A stretch of 64,000 bases of DNA from Eledone cirrhosa (taxonomy: Eukaryota), in NCBI GenBank assembly GCA_964016885.1, contig OZ024740.1:218736001-218800000 (forward strand), given 5' to 3'. Below are positions 56,033 through 64,000 of this stretch, in pieces. Both the position numbers and the translations under genes were made by a program. The notes under the pieces are model-generated. The model did not search any database and had not been told where the DNA came from. It saw only the letters and a list, made by a program, of their open reading frames with translations. How positions within the stretch are numbered: position 1 is the first letter of the stretch; each line of letters begins with the position of its first letter.

Positions 56033-57974
56033 ACATTTTCTAAAAGTCCTATAATCGATACCTATATTTTATGGACAGACATCTTGATTTTAATAAGACA
56101 ATAACTCTTTTGGTTCTAAACTGCATGAAACTGTTCCTGGTTCTGTTACAAAACTTTGTTTTAAAATGTTTTATATTTATATATAAAATCATGTTCTAAA
56201 CATCAGCTTGATAATGACAATGTTAGTTATTTCACTAAATTTCTACAAATTCTTGATAATTTTCAGAATTGTTGAAACTTTTTATAAGTATCATGTTTTA
56301 TTAGAAATATGGTAACAAAAATATTAAATGACACCCCCCAACTACATTTAAAATAAATTTTACTAAGATGCCTTATCTCATGGAACACACTCTAGAAAGC
56401 ATTGCTCTTAATGTCCATATTTCTCTGGTAGATAATATTGCTCATGTTGATAGCTATTTTATATTTTAACTAGTGATGAATTATTTTAATTTCCAATTAG
56501 GATTTAATGGTACTTCTGTTTGCCAGCTAATTAATAAGTGAAACAGAATTTGTGTGGTCTAGTTGATCATATGGCTCACACCCATGTAGGTTAGCTAGCT
56601 TCCTATATTGTTGCATCACAGGAGGTCTCTTGGGTGTTTTCATGATAGAAACCTCAGTTCTATGAAACTTGAGATTTTAAGTGGTCTTTTTGTTTGTTAA
56701 TACAGCTTACACCCATTACATCTCGGGAGGTCTCTTGGGTGTTTTAATGATAGAAACCTTGGTTCTATGTCACCATTGATAAGAAGTAGGATTTGAACTC
56801 GGAATGTGTAGAACCAGAACAAATACTACAAGGAATCCCATCCCATTCAGTGCTCTAACAGCTGCACCAATCCACTGCCCAAGTGTGATGCCCCCCCCCC
56901 CCCCCCCAAAAAAAAAACACTGCTTATGATTTTGAAAATAATCAAGAATTTGTAAGAATTTAATAATATAAGTGACATTGTCATTATTAGCTGGTGTTGA
57001 GAACATAACTTAAATGTTCTTTCATAAATTAATGATGGGAAGATTTTATGCTGAATATAAACATTAAAAAATAATATTTTTCCTAGAACCAGGAGTGGTT
57101 CTAGACAGTCAAGTATGTAAAGTGTTAATCTGATTCTCTAATGAGTCTGCCATTTTGCTGTCTAGTGTTCTGGTGATCTAAATTGTAAGTCTCCAGTTTC
57201 TCAACAGTATCAGGAAATTGTGGTTTTGTCCTTTTTATTTTCTATCTGTTGTTGTATTTTGAAATATCTAACATTTGCAACAGTGGAAATATTTTTATCT
57301 TCAAGTATTGAGACTTCTCAATATCAATCATAATAAAAGGTCGCAAGCATGATTGCTATTTTTTTTTATTTTTTCCAAACCTAATTTTGGTACCATTTTC
57401 CTTATACACAATCTGATATCTAGTAGTTGTCAATGTAACCATTTTTATCTGTGTTGGTATTATTGTGTAGTGGCAGTTCCAGTAAATCAAGTTACAAGAC
57501 TGATTTTTATTTTTTATTTTTTAAATTCATATTAAATGTATCTGAAATAGACATACCTTATAATTCTCCCTTGGTTATATAGTATATTTGCTGTTGTTTA
57601 CAACAAATATTATGTAGTTTTGTGTGTGTGCACATACATATGCACATATATATATATATTTATACATAAATATACACATACACATATGATAACAATGACT
57701 TTGATATGAAGATACCTAAAGGTTGGGACCCTTTTGCTCTCCTTGCTTGCATGCACGCTGGTGACTGATGTGACTGATTCGAAATTGGTAGTTTTGCCCA
57801 CAGTGGCTGCAGGGAGAGGTCTGTGTTGTGCTTAGCACAATCCTTCCACATGGCTCTCTTCAGACTGACACAACTGTTTACTTTAAATGTGCCGGTAGCC
57901 TGCCGGATGGGGTGGCACCAAGCATGTGGTTAGCAGCCAGGGTGGTTCATTGATGTTACTTACTTTCAGGGTCT

Positions 57975-58340
57975 TAACAAGGTGTGGAGAAATAACAGCC
58001 TCATAACATCGAAACTCTGTATTTACAGGGTTGTAGTCCTTACCACTCTCTTATATGTCTCTGAGTCAAGCGTCTTGTACTGCTGTCACACCTGCCTCCT
58101 GGAGAAATTCCACCAATGCTGTTTGTGCACCATATTAAACACTGACTAGCGTGACTATATCACCAACTCAGGGGTCCTCGAGAAAGTAAAGACCACCAGT
58201 ATTGAGGCCACTGCGTTGGGCAAGGCATGTCACCTGAATGGCAGATCATTGCCTGCCAAATATCGTACTCTAGGGAGAATTGTCTTCTGGCTGTTAAAAC
58301 AGCAGTGTGCCCAAGAAGCAGTACAAAGACACGCTAAAAA
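57975..58340 (+). mobile_element. Old RTE (BovB/RTE-1-like) C-terminal ORF remnant, a different family
   Basis: Manual translation across stops and frameshifts: KLCIYRVVVLTTLLYVSES...LEKFHQCCLCTIL...ITNSGVLEK...MADHCLPNIVL*GEL...PKKQYKDTLK. Confidence 0.7.
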
Positions 58341-59021
58341 CACACACACACACACGCACATTGGGCAAAATTGTTCTGGCTTGTAGCACTCCAAGTTCAA
58401 ATCCTGCCAAGGTTAGTTTTTCTTTTCATTCTATCGAAATGTTGTCAGTCCAGGGGTGGTGGGGCTGGTTAAATTGTGAAAGTGTCTCATGGATGCCTTG
58501 CGGTATTGGTGCCATCTTTGTATATTCTGTGTTGGCACTTCTCTCAAGATCTCCGACTGACAAATATCAGCACCTAAAGGCCCGTGGAAACAGTTTCCTT
58601 AGTCTGATTTAAGGACTGGCCTTTTCCTGCCATATATATAAATAAATGCTTGTTTTATGGGTTTGTGTAATAAACTCAGTAAACATGCATCAAATGAGGG
58701 ACTTTTATATACACACGCACACGTGTACACGTACGTACGTTGTGGTGCATCCTATCCTATATTGTTACAAAATGTAGGGTGAAATATTTCCCTTTATGCA
58801 GGCTTAGCTAGTCAGCCAAGCCTGCATGAAGGTGGAACTTATAAGTAACTGTCACAGCTAATGATATTAAATAAAACTATTATATGTTCACTTTACATGC
58901 TGGCATGAGTTGGACAGGTTGTTAGTCTGAGTCCTTATTCTGAGCTACTGCCCTTCTAGGTGGGTTGGAGGACCATGTCTTGCTTATGCATACCAATTTT
59001 TGACATTATTTCTATAATATA

Positions 59022-59052
<31 letters not shown>

Positions 59053-60803
59053 GTGTGTTTATATTTATTTATTTATTTATTTATATGCCAGTAACTCAAA
59101 AGTTTGGAGTTTAGTTACTTAAGAGCACTTACTCAAAGTAAGCAAACCTACATATACACGCATACATTCATGCACACAGGAATAATTTAGAGAGTGTAAT
59201 AGATTCATTAGTCCTGTAAATGCAGTGAGTGGACAACACATCAGGAATGAATAACAGTAGAACATCATGGAATGTGCAGACCATGTTGTATTAACTATTT
59301 CAGTTAATACAATGAGTAACTGCAGAAAACGAACAGTTACAATTTTTTCACCCCTGCTAAAGGAAAAATGGACATTAAGTAATGACGATGATGATTAGAG
59401 ATTAAGGTTTTCTTGGCTTGACCCATGGAAAAAGCAAGACCATGATAGCAACATTAACGTTAATAGAGTTTGAGGCATAGATTAGATTCTGAACAAAGAT
59501 GAAGCCATCTAGTGCCATCAATATTAGTGGATACTCTGCTTGAAGAAGTGGTGGATTTTTTTATAGAATGTAAATGAACTCTTAGAACCAAATTTCAAGC
59601 ATGTTTTCCTGTCTATTTACTACCTAGGACAGCGAATTGGCAGAGCTGTTTGAACATTAGATAGAATGGTTTGTGGTATTCACTCCAACTCTCTGCGTTC
59701 TGATTTAAAATCTTGATCTTTCATCCTCTTGAGGTTGATAAATATAATATGTCCATTACTGGGGTCAATTCATCTTCTATATCTCTCTACCACTCTCTCT
59801 CTTTCTTTAAACCTCCTTCCTGTAAATTTTCAAAATAAATTGAGATACATATGTATATTTTTGCAGAAATATGATTATGAAAGGATTATAAAATGTTATC
59901 CAAACTAATTAGAAAAAAACATCTGAATACTGAGACATGAAAATAAGATGAAACAAGGTTGAAATACAAGCAAGAAATATTGCATCGTTGATTTACTGGC
60001 CTATCTGTTTGATAGCATGTGAAAAATAAACATTAAAATGCTAAAGTCAACAATACAAAAATATAGATTTTTGTAGAAAGTCTGCAAAACCTGAGATCAG
60101 CTTTACCATTATTTTTTAGGGGTGAGTAGGCAGCAATAAAATAAAGTACCAGTCCAAACAGTGCTGAATTGGTACAATTGTTAGTGTTGGACAAGATGCC
60201 TTGCAGTATTTGTTCTGCTGCTTTGCATTCTTAGTTCAAATCCTGCTGTGGCATGCTTAACACAACCACCTGATTGAGAGCCTTTGGCAGAGTTCACTTG
60301 GTTGCAAGCATTAAAATAATGTCTGAATATCCATAAATAGAATAAAGGTGTCAGCAGGTTGTTCTTCCAGTTAGTATTCTGATGTTCCTGCAGTAAATAT
60401 GTTTAACACTAATTTTAAAAGATTGTTAGCACAGTTCACTAAAGTATAGAGGGCGGACATGTTTTGAAAACATTAACAGTAGAAATAAGCAGACAGAACT
60501 ATCTGCAGATTTAACTTATGTGGCTTCTAAAATTTCTCACACATCCACCAAGGTGGTACAGAAGATTAGTTTTATTGTCTCCACTTGTACTGCATTAAAA
60601 AAATATCATTAAGCCACAGGTTTTTTTAACTAGAAAAGAATAGTACTGAAAACTGCATGTAACTTATCTATCAAACCTTGTCTCACAGTTTAAAATTCAC
60701 AGCACATTAGCAAAGGATTACATGTGTACGTTGGGTTGGTCATATTACTACTCAGTCTATATGAATATTGGTGGTGTCATGCAAGAAAACGGAAACAATT
60801 GCT

Positions 60804-61202
60804 TTAATCCTTTAGCAGTTATATTATTCTATATTTACTATTGTATTTTAACGGTAAAGGCTTTATCTCACATAATATCGAATATACGAGATTTTGATAT
60901 TTATTTTGAGCAGCTGGTTATGGCTGGTTTAAATGTTAAAGGGTTAAACCCTTCATTACCATATTTCTAATGAAAGACACTGCCTAGAATCTTTAAACTA
61001 TTTTGTAAATATTGGAGAATTTGCTGGGATTTAGTAATAACTTACTCGTTATTAAGCTGGTGTTTGAAGCAAAACTTAACAAAGGTTCGCACATAAAATT
61101 ATGAGGGAAGGATTTTGGATAAATATAAACACTTTAAAACAAATTGGTTTTGTATTGTAGAATTGGGGACAGGTTCAAGTGGTTTGTTATCAAAAGGGTT
61201 AA
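60804..61202. mobile_element. Two tandem piggyBac-type MITEs of different families (60804-60947 and 60948-61202)
   Basis: TTAA-TCCTTTAGCA...TTAAAGGG-TTAA-ACCCTTCATTACC...ATCAAAAGGG-TTAA. Confidence 0.7.
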
Positions 61203-61446
61203 GCAGAATTTGCTTGTGCTACAAAGCAAACACACCTATGATAATACATAGTACATGATTCGAGTGTGGAATATATGTACAGTATTCTCTATCGACTGGT
61301 CATTAGATGCTGCATATATTCAATCAGGAGTAGTGATTAAAAAGCATCTGTTAATTTGTTTCAGGTATAAAACCCATTGTTAAATCTATAGTTCTTGGAC
61401 TTGAAATAAACCAAATTATTTGCCAATATAGTTTAGTCATCTCGTC

Positions 61447-61673
61447 TTATCCTTTTAGCATTTACATTACTCTATATTTAATATTGTATTTTCACAGTAA
61501 AGGCTTTGTCTTGCATAATTATCTCACATAATATCAAATCTGAGATTTTGATATTATTTATTTTGAGAAAAATATCCTAACATCAGTATGAGTGGCCAGT
61601 TACGGCCAGTTTGAACAGAAAGAGGTGAGAGAATTCTGGTTGGATACAGCCGGTTTAAATGCTAAAGAGTTAA
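61447..61673. mobile_element. piggyBac-type MITE
   Basis: CCTTTTAGCATTTA / TAAATGCTAAAGAG-TTAA TIRs; body matches the split MITE. Confidence 0.75.
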
Positions 61674-61742
61674 GGGTTTTTTTAAAACTACAAGGGATGT
61701 TGGAAACAATCAGTATTTACAAAGAGTAACATTTGACTTATG

Positions 61743-63555
61743 TCATCATCACCATTTTACGTCCGTTCTTCCATGCTAGCATGGGTTAGACGGGTTGTCC
61801 TGTTGTGGGCAGTCTCTGGTCGGCTGACCATGCCTTGCTCATACAGGAACTGATTTTGGCTTGATTTCTACAGCTGGATGCCCTTCCTAACACCAACCTC
61901 ATTTACAGTGAATGCTGGGTGCTTTTTTCCGTGGCGCCTACACGTCCACTTTACAGTGTGGGCTGGGTGCTTTTTTGCTGTGGCACCTCCATGACCACTT
62001 TGCAGTGGGAGGGTGTGGGGGCATATTGTCTATATGCTTCAGCTTGTACCCATGGGAGGTTGGGTACTCTGTATTACTGCGTGACGCCAGAGGTCACCGT
62101 CATGTGTCATTGCCTTTGAGAGGTGTAATTGGGTAAGGTCGGCTTTTATCACCTCATCCCAGGTCATCTTGGGTCTCCCCACTCCGCGGTTTCCATCGAC
62201 TTCTAGTGCTCTGCACGTTTTTATGCAGCTGTCATCCTTCATACGCATCACATGTCCATATCAGCGCAACCTCCTCTCCTGCACACAGCATTTGATTCCT
62301 CTTATGCTCAGTCTCTCTCTCAATTCATTTATGCTTTGTCGTTCACGTATATTACTGTTACACATCCATCGGAGCATGCAGGCTTTGTTTCTCTCTAATC
62401 TACGTAAGTCTTCCACCTTCAGCGCCCAAGTCTCACTACCATGCAACATTGCTGTTCGGATACACGCATCATACAGTCTGCCTTTCATTCTGAGGGAGAA
62501 GCCTTTTGCAGCTAGCAGTGGTAGTAGTTCCCTAAACTTCTTCCATCCCGTTCTTACTCTAGTTATTGTACTTTCTGAACACCCACCTCCGCTGCTAATT
62601 CCGTCACCTAGGTAGCAGAAGCTGTCTACTGTTTCTACAGAGCCCTCCCAGAGATTGGTGGTACTTGTTTCCTCTGGCTGTTTGCTGCTTGCTGTCCCAG
62701 CACAGCTGCTACATGTGAAGCCTACATTCTTAATTAAGCTTCCTGAGATCCCGCTACATCTCTTGTGTACCCATTATTTGCATTTGGGACAGAGAATGGA
62801 GTTCCTACCTACACCTTTCCTACATACTGAGCAAGGCCATTTCCCTGAGGGGATCTGGGTTCTGTTTTTTCGTCTACTTACAAGGACCTTAGTCTTTGTC
62901 ATGTTGACTTTGAGACCCTTTCTTTCTAGTCCCTGCTTCCAAGTTTGGAATTTATTCTCTAGTTTTACCATAGATTCAGCTATAAGTACGAGGTCATCAG
63001 CATACAGGAGTTCCCATGGGCATCCGGTCTTAAACTCCTCCGTTATTGCCTGCAGGACTATGATGAACAGGAGGGGGCTAAGAACAGAGCCCTAGTGGAC
63101 CCCAACCTGTACGCTAAATTCCTTGCTATACTCATTGCTAATCCTAACTTTGCTGACTGCTCCCCTATACATGGCTTGTACCGCTTTCACAAGCCATTCA
63201 TCTACTCCTAGTTTTCTAAGAGCCCACCAGATTACAGCACGTGGAACTCTGTTAAAGGCTTTCTCAAGGTCGACAAATGCCAAGTAGAGTGGCTTACTTT
63301 TAGCTAGGTACTTTTCCTGTAACTGCCTCACAAGTAAGAGGGCATCAGTGGTGCCTCTTCCTGGTACAAACCCAAATTGCATCTCGTCTATTTTCACCCG
63401 GTCCCTAATCAACTGTGCTATAACTCTTTCTGTTACTTTCATGACCTGATCCATCAACTTTATACCTCTATAGTTTCCTCTATCTAGTGCATCACCTTTA
63501 TCTTTGTAGCAGTTGACAATGATGCTACTGCACCAATCTTTTGGTATGACACCTA
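61743..63555 (-). mobile_element. Diverged RTE subfamily, 5'-truncated and pseudogenised
   Basis: Fragments colinear with copy 1 RT ([48 protein letters not shown]); in-frame stops; (TGA)n tail at 61743-61750. Confidence 0.92.
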
Positions 63556-64000
63556 GTATTACCTGTACAGGTCCAAATGCTGATGTTAAAATACTATAAA
63601 ACATAGTGCAACTTATTTATGAGTATATGTGGTAGTATCTAAATATAGAAGGAAACTGCTGAAAATTGATATGAAGACTTGTTTAGCCTCTCAGTAGTGG
63701 TCCATAATATGTGGTTTTGAAAATTGATAATCTTGATGAATGTTATTAATTTCAATGTCATTTTTTTTTTCCAAAATAAAATCATTGTAGAATAAATGAC
63801 CAAATTAATGTTCATTATGAGATCAGGAAGTACATTTGGAAATATGAGTCATAGTGTGTTAAAGAGTTACCAGTTTGTTTGGCAGGGCTTCTGCAAACAA
63901 AAATATATTTTACAATCTGCTGCACAGTGTCGGTCAGATTAACAAAATTTCATTGAACTAAAAAAAAATTTAGTGAAAGGCATCCAGCTGTAAAATATTG

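Overview
AT-rich animal genomic DNA, not prokaryotic. The repeat content and the RXR sequence suggest a mollusc, probably an octopus (inference). The only host gene visible is retinoid X receptor (RXR, + strand): one clear 415-nt coding exon at 40226-40640 (A/B domain plus the first half of zinc finger 1) and a candidate alternative first coding exon at 25688-25760 whose phase matches. The next RXR exon (CEGCKGFFKR) was not found, so the downstream intron is over 23 kb. The rest is repeats. About 20 kb is compound (TA)n/TTTGTATG arrays, which produce all the spurious YIYIC... ORFs. A 200-N gap separates a probably artefactual duplication. There are two young RTE LINEs in opposite orientation, one with an intact 1037-aa ORF, both with a PHD finger inside the RT region. 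Also present: a non-autonomous ~600-bp RTE-derived element that keeps a C2H2 zinc-finger mini-ORF, Tx1/L1-like and CR1 fragments, tRNA-derived SINEs, piggyBac-type TTAA MITEs with a transposase remnant, and a degenerate hammerhead motif. I cannot demonstrate a wholly new biological system from the sequence alone. The best leads are listed as findings. All alignments were done by eye.
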